DNA from: a virus
Taxonomy: Duplodnaviria > Caudoviricetes
Length of the DNA: 42,725 nucleotides
IMG/VR virus record: IMGVR_UViG_3300048856_000125
Location: 1 to 42,725 of that record
Strand: one strand, 5' to 3'
Shown here: positions 10,697 through 19,478 of the stretch, piece after piece
Numbering within the stretch: position 1 is the stretch's first letter
Layout of the letters: each line of letters starts with the position of its first letter
Program-made: the position numbers and the translations under genes
Notes under the pieces: generated by a model
Databases searched by the model: none
What the model was told of the DNA's origin: nothing
What the model saw: only the letters and a program-made list of their open reading frames with translations

Positions 10697-10915
10697 ATGT
10701 CTGAAAAGCCGCCACTCACCGACAGCGAAGTTTACGAGCGCCTGCATCAGGCATTTCTCGGATTGTTAGGTGCCAGCGGCGAGACGAAGCATGGGGACAC
10801 GGCTATACGAACCGCCCGCCATATCCTGACGACGCTTCAAGCCGCACTGCTCAAGAAGATGGACGCTACAGCCCAAGGCGACGCTTCAGATCAGCAGCCT
10901 TTCGATCCACGATGA
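10697..10915 (+). CDS. Small antisense moron, hypothetical (72 aa)
   Basis: MSEKPPLTDSEVYERLHQAFL... fills the gap between the gp10-like and terminator genes; helical composition. Confidence 0.6.
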   Translation: MSEKPPLTDSEVYERLHQAFLGLLGASGETKHGDTAIRTARHILTTLQAALLKKMDATAQGDASDQQPFDPR

Positions 10916-11312
10916 TGGGCCAATTCTGAGCCGCTATGCGGACGAATGCGTCTGGCGGCTGTCCATTGGCTCCATATTCGCGATAGGCAGCATACGAAGC
11001 CGTGTAGCCGAAGTAGAGCGTGTCCCCGATGTCCGCGCCGGCAATCACCGCTTCGATCTGAGCGAAGTCCGGCGAATAGCTTTCGCCTTCCACTGGATTC
11101 GCGTTTGCTTTGATAGTTGGCATCATTGTGGTCGAAGCCATCAGCGAGGCGCGGAGGAAGCCGGTGTCCACTCGGATGCGCCCGCCCTGCCCGGTCGGCT
11201 TCTGCATCTCCTCGACTACTTCTTGCGCTGCTTCCTTAAAAATGACCTCGAACGCGCCTTCCACCTTGTCGGCCCAGGCGGCAACGGAGGCAGAGAACGA
11301 AAGCTTCGCCAT
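10866..11312 (-). CDS. HK97 gp10 family neck/tail-completion protein
   Basis: RVDTGFLRAS and YAAYREYG motifs. Confidence 0.85.
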   Translation of the reverse strand: MAKLSFSASVAAWADKVEGAFEVIFKEAAQEVVEEMQKPTGQGGRIRVDTGFLRASLMASTTMMPTIKANANPVEGESYSPDFAQIEAVIAGADIGDTLYFGYTASYAAYREYGANGQPPDAFVRIAAQNWPIIVDRKAADLKRRLGL

Positions 11313-12346
11313 CAGACAACCTCGGCGCGATACCGCCGCACGAGAGGCCCGGCGTAATTGATCTTGTATTGCAGCCGGCACCGGCAGCCGGATATCTCGC
11401 TAATCGGCGCCTGCGGGTCGCCTGGGTAGCGCAACAGAGCACCGGACCGGCTTTGGAACGCCTCATCCACTCCCACGCTCTTGCCGTTCAGCACGCGGTG
11501 GGTATGGCGCACGCGATTATCGCCAGCCGATCGCCAAATCTTCGTCACGTCCTGGGCTTCGATCTTTCCGGCGGCGATCTGCTGCCGAATGGCATTGTCC
11601 CGCGCCGAGCTGAGCGCCATCATGGTTTCGGTGCGAGCGAGCATTTCACCGCGGAGCATCAGGTTCCGGTCGTTCAGCCGAGCGATGATCTTCTGCAGCA
11701 TGTCCGGGGAGACCGGTCGCTCGTCTCCGATGGCGGCCAACACAGTCCGGTCAAAGCGCCGGTCCCGCGTCTTCAGCTCCAGGTACTGCCGCATCAGCTT
11801 CGGGTCGCCGGAGGAAAGGTTCACCCTCGCCCGCTCGATGAACTCGATCTGATGGGCCGTAAGCCCTATGACACCGCCTTCTCTCCGACTGGTGACACGG
11901 TTCTGCCTGCCAATGACATCGAGGGCCGTCGTGCGCGGGTTCAAACCTCGGGCAAGCCCTTGCTCCAGTGCAGATCGGATGCCCTGCCGCTGATCCTTGG
12001 TGATGTGCGTCACCATCGTGGAGGAGAGGTCTCGAAGGATACGCTCTGCCTCCGGATTTCGGACGCCGAAGCGCCAAACGACGCGGGCACCGTCCGGCCC
12101 CTTCGTCGGAAGCTCCTCGACAAAGTTGATGCCGCCGGCGTTGAAGGCCTCCTGAAGTGCAATCTCCAAGGTGGAGAAGGCCTCCCGGTCAAGCTCCATA
12201 GCTTCGACAGCGCCGAGTATGTCGCCGCGCTCCAGGCGCTCGATCACTCTAGCGAGAACGATGCTCGACTTGATGGCTTCGATGCTCCCGCGGAATGCGG
12301 CTGCAAGCTTTGGCTCGTAGAGGTCGAGCAGTTCATCGAAGGTCAT
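11312..12346 (-). CDS. Phage minor head protein (Mu gpF / SPP1 gp7 family)
   Basis: LARTET, KIWRSAGDNRVRHTH and YPGDP...GCRC motifs. Confidence 0.88.
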   Translation of the reverse strand: MTFDELLDLYEPKLAAAFRGSIEAIKSSIVLARVIERLERGDILGAVEAMELDREAFSTLEIALQEAFNAGGINFVEELPTKGPDGARVVWRFGVRNPEAERILRDLSSTMVTHITKDQRQGIRSALEQGLARGLNPRTTALDVIGRQNRVTSRREGGVIGLTAHQIEFIERARVNLSSGDPKLMRQYLELKTRDRRFDRTVLAAIGDERPVSPDMLQKIIARLNDRNLMLRGEMLARTETMMALSSARDNAIRQQIAAGKIEAQDVTKIWRSAGDNRVRHTHRVLNGKSVGVDEAFQSRSGALLRYPGDPQAPISEISGCRCRLQYKINYAGPLVRRYRAEVV

Positions 12347-12369
12347 GTCAGCTTTCCTAACGCTCGCAA

Positions 12370-12440
12370 TGTACGTACAAAAATAATTTTCGTACGCACA
12401 AATAACCTTTGCCTTCGACCTCATTTATCGTACATACATT
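12370..12440 (+). promoter_or_regulatory. brnTA promoter region with three GTAC.YACA repeats (putative BrnA operators)
   Basis: TGTACGTACAAA 12370, CGTACGCACAAA 12391, CGTACATACATT 12429; TTGCCT at 12409. Confidence 0.55.
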
Positions 12441-12442
12441 TT

Positions 12443-12697
12443 ATGAAGATCATTTGGGACGAACCGAAGCGCGAAACAAACGTTGCCAAGCACGGCATGG
12501 ACTTCGCTGACCTAACGCTTGAGTTCTTCCTAACTGCTCGCATTGAGGCAAGCCGTGAAGGACGCTTTCTTGCCATCGGCCAGATCAACGGCGAAATCAT
12601 CATCGCCGTAATCTTTCGCCCCCTCGGCTCTGAAGCGCTTTCAGTCATCTCGATGAGGCGAGCAAGCTCAACGGAAAGGAGCCGGATTAATGGCTAA
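12443..12697 (+). CDS. brnT: BrnT family toxin
   Basis: MKIIWDEPKRETNVAKHGMDF...SVISMRRAS..ER signature. Confidence 0.93.
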   Translation: MKIIWDEPKRETNVAKHGMDFADLTLEFFLTARIEASREGRFLAIGQINGEIIIAVIFRPLGSEALSVISMRRASSTERSRING

Positions 12698-13124
12698 TAA
12701 GTGGCCCAGTTTTGTTACCAAGGACCTCGGCAATACCCCTGACGACGATGCCGAGATGCAGCGCCGATGGGAAAACTATAACCGAGAAATGAAGGCATTG
12801 ATCGCGGCCGGCGGGGTCCACCAGGACGCCGACGGATGGTGGGTTGACGACAAGACAGGCGAATTGATCGGACCCGATCCTGAGATAGAACGTCCCACCA
12901 CCGACGACGAGTTAAGGCAAGCAAAGCCGTTTCGCGAGGTTTTCCCCGATCTAGCCGCGAGCATCGATCGGGAGCTTGCCAAGCGAGGGCGCCCCAAGGC
13001 GGAACAGACGAAACAGCCCGTAACGATCCGGCTCGACCCTGACATCGTGGATCACTACAAGGCCACCGGCAAAGGCTGGCAATCTCGCATGAACGATGAT
13101 CTCAGGAAGATGGCAGGCCTCTAA
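12690..13124 (+). CDS. brnA: BrnA family antitoxin with N-terminal extension
   Basis: RGRPK...KQPVTIRLDPDIVDHYKATGKGWQSRMNDDLR C-terminus. Confidence 0.92.
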   Translation: MANKWPSFVTKDLGNTPDDDAEMQRRWENYNREMKALIAAGGVHQDADGWWVDDKTGELIGPDPEIERPTTDDELRQAKPFREVFPDLAASIDRELAKRGRPKAEQTKQPVTIRLDPDIVDHYKATGKGWQSRMNDDLRKMAGL

Positions 13125-13483
13125 GCAATCCTTCCCTGAACGATGAGGACAACGTTCGTGATGCCGTCGTAGTTGTTCGGATCAGCGTTGATGATGCGGA
13201 ACGTGTTGCCGTGGACCTGCACGAGGTCCCCCGGCTTGGGCTCGATCGCAAGGCCGGCAGACGAGATGTAAATCTGCGTATCCCCCGCGAGGATCACGGT
13301 GCCGTCGATCTCGTGCGCCTGGTAGGCCATCGGCACGAGCGTGGCGGGGTATGAGGTTTCGGTTGGCTCCCCGCCTTCGACAGTATCAGGAGCGCTGATG
13401 CGCGTAACCGTGCCCGCTTGGCCGTAGGATTTGATCAGACGGTGCGCAGTCGCCTGCAGGCGGGCGTAGACGGGGTTAGGCAT
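13121..13483 (-). CDS. Head closure / head-tail joining protein
   Basis: A.RLIK.YGQ...IDGTVI..GD motif; position. Confidence 0.7.
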   Translation of the reverse strand: MPNPVYARLQATAHRLIKSYGQAGTVTRISAPDTVEGGEPTETSYPATLVPMAYQAHEIDGTVILAGDTQIYISSAGLAIEPKPGDLVQVHGNTFRIINADPNNYDGITNVVLIVQGRIA

Positions 13484-13977
13484 CAAACCACCATGATGCC
13501 CGGGAGGACCGGCATCAGGAACGGCCAGAGCAGTCCTTCGATTGCCGTCACCACCGGCGTTGCAAGCGCCACGACATCGTCGATGTCTGTTGACGTTGAG
13601 CTTGAATACTCCACCTCAAGCTGTCCCACCTTCTCGCGTTTCACCGTTGAGGAGCCTGTCACCACCGGTGACAAGCTGCCGGGATTGGTGAGCTCGAGGA
13701 ATGCAGCCTCGTAGGAAGCGTTGACGATCGCGGCCGGGATATCGGTTTCGCCGATCGCCTCTCCCCACTGTGTGACGGCGCCGGTACGTGGCCATGCACG
13801 CTCTTGGGAGAAGCCGGTCGTTCTGCGGCCGGTGAAGCGGGGTTCGTACCGATCGATCACCAGAGCGCCCCGCTGACGTGCCGCGGCAATCTGGGCATCG
13901 TTCGTTCCCTCAGGGATCACATAGCCAGCAGCAGCCCAGTAATCCTGTGCAGCTTCGTTCGTACCATAGCCGGCCAT
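13483..13977 (-). CDS. Head-tail connector (DnaT-like ssDNA-binding family)
   Basis: F.G.R....Q.RAWPR and VKREKVGQLEVEY motifs. Confidence 0.8.
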   Translation of the reverse strand: MAGYGTNEAAQDYWAAAGYVIPEGTNDAQIAAARQRGALVIDRYEPRFTGRRTTGFSQERAWPRTGAVTQWGEAIGETDIPAAIVNASYEAAFLELTNPGSLSPVVTGSSTVKREKVGQLEVEYSSSTSTDIDDVVALATPVVTAIEGLLWPFLMPVLPGIMVV

Positions 13978-14001
13978 GTCTGTTTCTCCTGGAGGAAGTG
14001 A

Positions 14002-14023
14002 CCCCGGCAGTTGCCCGCCGGGG
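14002..14023 (-). terminator. GC hairpin after the capsid genes (terminator or attenuator)
   Basis: CCCCGGC-N8-GCCGGGG; weak U-tract. Confidence 0.5.
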
Positions 14024-14029
14024 CCATGA

Positions 14030-14530
14030 TTATTTTGCGAGGAGCTGTTCCTGCTCGACCTGGCTCATGGCCTTGAAGGCTTCGGCATCATCGGAACGCA
14101 TCTTGTTACCGACCTGCTCGCCTCTCAGATCAAACGCCGCATACCAGCCGGGTGAGGTTTCCCTGACCTCGAACGGTCCGCTCGGTCCTCCCGCGCCGCC
14201 ACCGGAGGCTGCCTCCTCCTTCAACCTCTCTATCTCGGCGTCCCGTTCTGCTACCAAATTGGCCAGCCGCTCAATCTCGGCGTCTTTCGCTTCGATCTGC
14301 TGGCGCAACTGGTCGACTTCATTTGGCGGGATTTCTAATGCCGCCAAGCTTATGGCCGCTAGCGGTGCTTCCGACGGTGTTCCCGTGATCTCTAGGAATT
14401 TGAGGCGAGCGGCAAGTTTTGCCTGGACCTCATTCAGATCAAGATCTCTGGTTTCGCCCGGTTTGATGAAAGCGACGCCGCGGAGCGTTTGCACGCCCTG
14501 AGGTGCTTTGCTGTTGTTGGTGACCTTCAT
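14030..14530 (-). CDS. Hypothetical virion-module protein with coiled coil
   Basis: 166 aa directly after the capsid gene; repeated DAEIERL. Confidence 0.7.
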   Translation of the reverse strand: MKVTNNSKAPQGVQTLRGVAFIKPGETRDLDLNEVQAKLAARLKFLEITGTPSEAPLAAISLAALEIPPNEVDQLRQQIEAKDAEIERLANLVAERDAEIERLKEEAASGGGAGGPSGPFEVRETSPGWYAAFDLRGEQVGNKMRSDDAEAFKAMSQVEQEQLLAK

Positions 14531-14545
14531 GGATCAGTTCTCCTC

Positions 14546-15520
14546 TCAGGCCGGCGGCGCGGTGATTTCGTCACCGTATGCCATGGCCCCCGGCAGCCGG
14601 ATTTCGGTACCGCCGGTACGGGCGATTACGCCCTGCTCGAAGCCCATGATGGACTTCTGGCGGGGCTGGAGGACGCGACGGGGCATAGGAAGATGGAAGC
14701 GAAGGACTTCCTCGTCCCGGCGATACGCCACCATGCGGCCGCCGCCGTCCTGCGATGCCGTTGCCAGTTCGCGAAGCGGCTGGATATCGAGCTGCTGGCC
14801 TGTTTCCGCCGTGTAGACGTTGTTCTTCCGGAGGTAGTCGAGAAGGTTCAGCACGCCGTCACCTGCTCCGAGGCGGCGGTTGTTGAGCAGACGGAAAGCT
14901 TCCGGTGGAAGCCTAAGGCTGTCGGCCCATTCGACCTCCAGGGTATTGTCGCGGATGCTGCCGAGCAGATCGTTGATGTCTTGGAGGATCTGATCATTGG
15001 TCTTGGCAGACCAGTAGGTAGAAGAACCGCTGCCAGTGGCTGCGACGTCGACGCGAGCCACGGACGGGCTGTTGATGAGCCCGGTCCAGTTCTTCTCGGT
15101 CGAGCCGACCATTGCGATGGAGTTCAGCAGACGCTCGATCGACTGCGACGAACTCATGGCCTTCACGTCATTCAGCGGAATGCCATAAAGGGCGGCCTGG
15201 TTGACCTCCTCGAGGTTCCATTCCCAGCCGGCGCCGATCATCGCAAAGTCATGCGCCGCCTGGTCGCGGGTGGCAGAGCTGAACGGCAGGTCATTCGCAG
15301 CGCCGGAGATGAACTTGGCCTCGCCGGCGATGTCTACGGTGAAGAACATGGTGCCAATCGACCATGCGTTCCCCTCGGTAACTACGGGAACGTGTGCCCC
15401 GTAGTTGAAGGTCGGATAACGCCGCTGATAAATGCGGGCCTCGATATTGCGCCCCTGCGAGATCACGAAGGGGAATGCAGCCTGCGCGTCCGCGAAAGGC
15501 TGACGAATGATCTGGTTCAT
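14546..15520 (-). CDS. Major capsid protein (DUF2184 family)
   Basis: 324 aa; TGLINSP, RMVAY and RTGGTEIRLP motifs; position. Confidence 0.88.
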   Translation of the reverse strand: MNQIIRQPFADAQAAFPFVISQGRNIEARIYQRRYPTFNYGAHVPVVTEGNAWSIGTMFFTVDIAGEAKFISGAANDLPFSSATRDQAAHDFAMIGAGWEWNLEEVNQAALYGIPLNDVKAMSSSQSIERLLNSIAMVGSTEKNWTGLINSPSVARVDVAATGSGSSTYWSAKTNDQILQDINDLLGSIRDNTLEVEWADSLRLPPEAFRLLNNRRLGAGDGVLNLLDYLRKNNVYTAETGQQLDIQPLRELATASQDGGGRMVAYRRDEEVLRFHLPMPRRVLQPRQKSIMGFEQGVIARTGGTEIRLPGAMAYGDEITAPPA

Positions 15521-15544
15521 GGTGCTTGATCCTTTCGTGATCGG

Positions 15545-16039
15545 TTAGGCGGCGGGTGCCGGCGTCATCGGTCGGAGACGGACGGAGATTTCGACGATGT
15601 CGCCGTTGGCGCCGGAGCTTTCGAAGAACGAATCCGGCAGCGGGCCGATGATGTTCGTGCCCGCCGCGGCGACGTACCGTTTGGTGGAGGTGTTGTAGAA
15701 AACCTCCCCGCCATCGGTGACAGCACCGCCGGCAGTGACATACATCGTGCCCATGGTCATGAAGGCGCCGGTGAAATACTGCGGATAGCCATCCACGAGA
15801 GTGGAACCTGCAGCAACCGGCGGGACAGCCGGGTTGAGCACTGCGATGCCCAGGAAGTCACCGGAGGACATGGCAGCAACGCCATGATCGCCAGCACCGC
15901 GCTGGACCGGCGTGCCGAAGGAGATGCCAGCAGCATCCTCCACCGTGCGGCTGATCTTGTTGCACTTCTCCTCGGACGCGATCTGGCCGTGCAGACCCTT
16001 TGGAGGAGCGTTGGTGTAGGTGGTCTGGTAAGTCGCCAT
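15545..16039 (-). CDS. Head decoration / cement protein
   Basis: ISFGTPV...MTMGTMYV motif; between scaffold and capsid genes. Confidence 0.75.
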   Translation of the reverse strand: MATYQTTYTNAPPKGLHGQIASEEKCNKISRTVEDAAGISFGTPVQRGAGDHGVAAMSSGDFLGIAVLNPAVPPVAAGSTLVDGYPQYFTGAFMTMGTMYVTAGGAVTDGGEVFYNTSTKRYVAAAGTNIIGPLPDSFFESSGANGDIVEISVRLRPMTPAPAA

Positions 16040-16051
16040 CGAGCGTCCTCC

Positions 16052-17233
16052 TTAGTTGACCGTTGCGGAAGTCTTGCCGGCCTTCATGTCGGCGATCATT
16101 TGCGTGTAAGCGTCGGTAGCTCCCTTGTCGGCGTCACCCGTCGTTGTGAGGCCGTCGCGAACCACGTTGGCGAAGGGGTCCATGTCGGTGGTCTTCTTGG
16201 CCTCTTCGGCCAGGATGTCGAAACGAGCATCGATATAGGCCTGGGCCTTATCCTTCACCGCGGCATCGCCGAGCTTGGCGACGACGGTAGCCTTGCGAAT
16301 CTCGGCGTCGGTCATTCCCTCGGTCTTCACATCTTTGGCTATGGCCTTTGCCGTTGCGAGAAGATCGGCGCGATCGGCGACGAGCTTGTCCAGCGCGGGG
16401 CCATCGACGATCTTGCCCTTCAGGGCATCGATCTCCGCATCCTTCTTGGCAAGGTCGGCATCCTTCGTGGCAAGCGCCTTGTCCTTTTCATCGATCGCCG
16501 CGGCGTGGAGCTTTTCGACGTCGGTAAGCTTGGCCTGGTGTGCCGTCTCTGCATCGACGAGTTTCTTCCCGGCATCGACAAGCCGCGTCTGCAGCGTGGC
16601 GATGACAGTGGCGCCCTGGTCGGTCACCTCGACCGGGATTCCATCGACGGTTACCGTCTTCAGGGTCATGTCCTTCTCCTTTGGTTGGGACTTGTCTCCA
16701 ATTTTCAAATGCGAACCGCCTCTGGCTGCGGAGACTACCGCCAGGTGATTCATCCTGAGATGCGTCTGGATTGCGTCGTACTGCTCGCCTGAGGGCGTGA
16801 CGCCGTCCTGAAACTTGAGCTCGGTCGAGTAGCCCATGGAGAGCTCGCGCTTGCCGCCCTCGGCCTTGGCGATGGCGCTCTTGTCCATGAGGACCAGAGG
16901 CACGCGGACGAACTCGCCATCCCGTGCCACTTCGCCGCCAGTCTGGCCAACAGAGTGCTGCTTCCAGTTCTCAGCAGTGACCTGCTCGGACGGGTGATCG
17001 TCAGTCACCGGCCGGTAGGCGTAGGAGTGCATCGCGTCCTTGGCGAAGACCTCTTCCTCCGGCCGGTAGACGCGCACCACTGCCTTGTCGCGGAGGCCGT
17101 GCGTGTTCTCGGGGTCGACCTCCGGCCCGGTGTAAAGCTGGATGCCTGTACGGGCCACGCGGGCGTCGGCAACGAGGTATCCATCCTGGGTACGGCGGAG
17201 GCCGTCCAGGGTCACAGTGTCGAAGAGTTGCAT
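16052..17233 (-). CDS. DUF2213 head maturation protease / scaffold
   Basis: DGYL...VARTGIQLY, VYRPEEEVF, PVTDDHP, ELSMGY and NHLAVV..ARGG motifs; coiled-coil scaffold tail. Confidence 0.88.
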   Translation of the reverse strand: MQLFDTVTLDGLRRTQDGYLVADARVARTGIQLYTGPEVDPENTHGLRDKAVVRVYRPEEEVFAKDAMHSYAYRPVTDDHPSEQVTAENWKQHSVGQTGGEVARDGEFVRVPLVLMDKSAIAKAEGGKRELSMGYSTELKFQDGVTPSGEQYDAIQTHLRMNHLAVVSAARGGSHLKIGDKSQPKEKDMTLKTVTVDGIPVEVTDQGATVIATLQTRLVDAGKKLVDAETAHQAKLTDVEKLHAAAIDEKDKALATKDADLAKKDAEIDALKGKIVDGPALDKLVADRADLLATAKAIAKDVKTEGMTDAEIRKATVVAKLGDAAVKDKAQAYIDARFDILAEEAKKTTDMDPFANVVRDGLTTTGDADKGATDAYTQMIADMKAGKTSATVN

Positions 17234-17388
17234 GGGAAATGCCTCGTAAGAGTTCAGCTGATTGAGGCGCAACGAGAACGGCTGGAGATGGATAGTTCAG
17301 AAGCCACTAAAACAGCAGGTGCCGTGCTATTAACCATGCCGGCTCGCCTTGCGTTGCTCGAAATAAGGCACGCGCTAGCTCCCGCTTC

Positions 17389-17604
17389 ATGACTGAAAGA
17401 AGCTTTGCGCATTGCCACAATGTCCCCCCCGACGCGTTGCCCAAACTCTTAAGCGCTTACAAGCGGATAGCAGCAGCACGGGGTCTCATCCCAGACACCG
17501 GGAAAGCGGCCAATCTGGCCACGGACTTGGTCAACCTCTACCTTGAGCATCCCAAATCATTGAGCAAGTTCGTAATGCTCTATACCCAGTCTCCGCACCG
17601 ATGA
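17389..17604 (+). CDS. Small antisense moron, hypothetical (71 aa)
   Basis: Fills the gap between portal and protease genes; partial AAC-N17-CGTT upstream. Confidence 0.5.
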   Translation: MTERSFAHCHNVPPDALPKLLSAYKRIAAARGLIPDTGKAANLATDLVNLYLEHPKSLSKFVMLYTQSPHR

Positions 17605-17607
17605 GCT

Positions 17608-19470
17608 TCACTCCTCGCTGACGCCCGATTTCCAGTCGTCGTTTACTTCCTCGAACACCTCCGGCCCGAGTTCGATCTTGCCGCGGTACGGCTCGACCTT
17701 GTCGATAGCCACGCCGCCGGGCTCATAGGTGATCGTGATGTGCGGGGCATACTCTGGGTAGCTAGTCTCGGCGCCGATGCGCTTCAGTTCCTCATGGCGC
17801 CACGACAGGGCCGACGAGGAGAACTCCAGCACGATCGCACCTCCGTCGAAGCGAGACACGACGCGCGGGCCACCCGGCGGGATGATAAGCGTGCCATCCT
17901 CGTTCCAGAAGTCCTGGCCGGCCTTCATCCAATCGACCGGCGTGCGGGAAAAGATCACCGTCACGTGGAGGTCATCTGCCGGCAGTGTGGTCGAGAACCC
18001 CTGCCCCTTGGCCCATGCGATGATATCGGCCGCGTTGAGCACGTCCCTACGGACATACAGCGATCGTGGAGCGGCATCGTTGGCTGCACGCTGCATCCGG
18101 GCCGGCTGCGGGGCTGTCGCTGCCTGCGCGGCTGCTGCGGCGGCAAGCTCCTCCTCGGAGGGCTCCTGCTCGCTTAGTTTACCATATTCCTCGATCGCTG
18201 CGTCAAGGCCCGGCAGCACGCCATCCTCAACGAGGCGATTGACCAAGGCATCGGAAACAGCCTCCCTCGGCACGATCTCCTGCCCGGTCCCTGTGCCAAC
18301 AAGCTGACGAGCTGCATCCGCCGTGGTCTTGAAGATGTCGGCCCGCTCCTTCTCGCTCATCTGCTTGAGAGGGGCCCACCTGTAATAGACGTCTGGGTCA
18401 ACCACACCGGCGGAGCGCTCAATGCATTCGTCGAGGCGGCGCATGGCCGGCTGCATCTCCAGTTCCTGCATCGACTGGATGCGGTCGTGGTAGTTGTTCA
18501 TGTCGGATTCGCCGGTGGCATTCATTCCGGCCGGCGACTGCCCCAGGAGGCGCGTCACGGGAATATCAGCGGCGCCCGAGACGATCTGCATGAACGCCAT
18601 GAGCACATCCGTCAGGCCGGCAAGCTGAGCGCTTTTGCTGTCATATTCCTCCTCGGCGTCGAGGATCAGCGTGCCATTGATCCCTTTGATGGTATTCGCC
18701 AATGAATAGCGCCGAAGCACCGCGTCCTCGTATGCCGAGTTGCCGATGTTCGCCGAGAAGTTCGGAACCTTGACGACGTCTACCTTGGCCTCAAAGATCA
18801 GCGAAGCGATGTTGCCAGCCGTGCTGTCGGCGTTCTTGATCGCGTCGAGCGTCGATTGCAGGACGCTATCACCCCAGCCCTGATATGGATTGCCCGTGAT
18901 CTCGTCATCTGCCGGCATCGCTCCGGTAAAGAGCACCAGGCGCGAGGGATGGATGCCCATCTGCAGGCCGTTTGCTCCGCTGAGCCTGTAGGAAGCGGGC
19001 CGCCCGTACCATTCCGATTCCGGATTGCGGTCGATCTCGCCAGCAGCCAACTGGCGGCGCGTCATGACATTCAGATAGCGTATGCCGCCCTTGCCGATGC
19101 GTTCCACCTCTAGCGGCTGCATCGGGTCGCTGTCACCGGTGCCTATATAGACCGCGGCGCCACCAAACAGCCTGCCCTTCTTCGCCGCCTCGAGTATCTT
19201 ACCCTTGATGTTCAGGCGCCTCTCTTCCTCCTCGATTGCCTCGATCTGCGGCTTCTTCGCCTGCCAGTCGCGCCACTTACGGCAAGCGTCCAGCGCCGGG
19301 ATGTCCACGATCTTCCGCGGCAGCCATGACGTGCTGTATGCCGCGATCAGCTGCTCATCGGACAGGATCGTGCGGGCATAGAACGTCGTCGCTGCTTTGT
19401 CCCGATCGGTGCCCATGCGGGACGCAAGGCTCATCAGCCCATCCCTGAGCATGGAGACGACATTTTCCAT
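17608..19470 (-). CDS. Portal protein (DUF1073-type) fused to a C-terminal 2H phosphoesterase (Acb1 / T4 gp57B-like)
   Basis: Portal motifs IVDIPA.D..R.WR and DIPVTRLLGQSPAGMNATGESD; Ala-rich linker; then LHVTV and PHITI (two HxT motifs). Confidence 0.88.
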   Translation of the reverse strand: MENVVSMLRDGLMSLASRMGTDRDKAATTFYARTILSDEQLIAAYSTSWLPRKIVDIPALDACRKWRDWQAKKPQIEAIEEEERRLNIKGKILEAAKKGRLFGGAAVYIGTGDSDPMQPLEVERIGKGGIRYLNVMTRRQLAAGEIDRNPESEWYGRPASYRLSGANGLQMGIHPSRLVLFTGAMPADDEITGNPYQGWGDSVLQSTLDAIKNADSTAGNIASLIFEAKVDVVKVPNFSANIGNSAYEDAVLRRYSLANTIKGINGTLILDAEEEYDSKSAQLAGLTDVLMAFMQIVSGAADIPVTRLLGQSPAGMNATGESDMNNYHDRIQSMQELEMQPAMRRLDECIERSAGVVDPDVYYRWAPLKQMSEKERADIFKTTADAARQLVGTGTGQEIVPREAVSDALVNRLVEDGVLPGLDAAIEEYGKLSEQEPSEEELAAAAAAQAATAPQPARMQRAANDAAPRSLYVRRDVLNAADIIAWAKGQGFSTTLPADDLHVTVIFSRTPVDWMKAGQDFWNEDGTLIIPPGGPRVVSRFDGGAIVLEFSSSALSWRHEELKRIGAETSYPEYAPHITITYEPGGVAIDKVEPYRGKIELGPEVFEEVNDDWKSGVSEE

Positions 19471-19478
19471 CAGGATCC

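Noticed and set aside
11312-12346. MuF polymorphic toxin
   Set aside because: The protein ends shortly after the CRC motif, with no toxin extension
11369-12442. Apparent 442-aa BrnT fusion
   Set aside because: The N-terminal part is the antisense shadow of the minor head gene; BrnT starts at 12443
12421-12648. Minus-strand ORF with an ATGA overlap into an extended minor-head ORF, as a possible bridge over brnTA
   Set aside because: It does not connect back to the upstream gene stop at 13121 and does not span brnA
14489-16792. Long plus-strand ORFs opposite the capsid and protease genes (also 19887-20537, 27700-28698 and 32549-33583)
   Set aside because: Shadow ORFs of GC-rich genes with no RBS, motifs or coupling. 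They show that antisense openness alone is not evidence.
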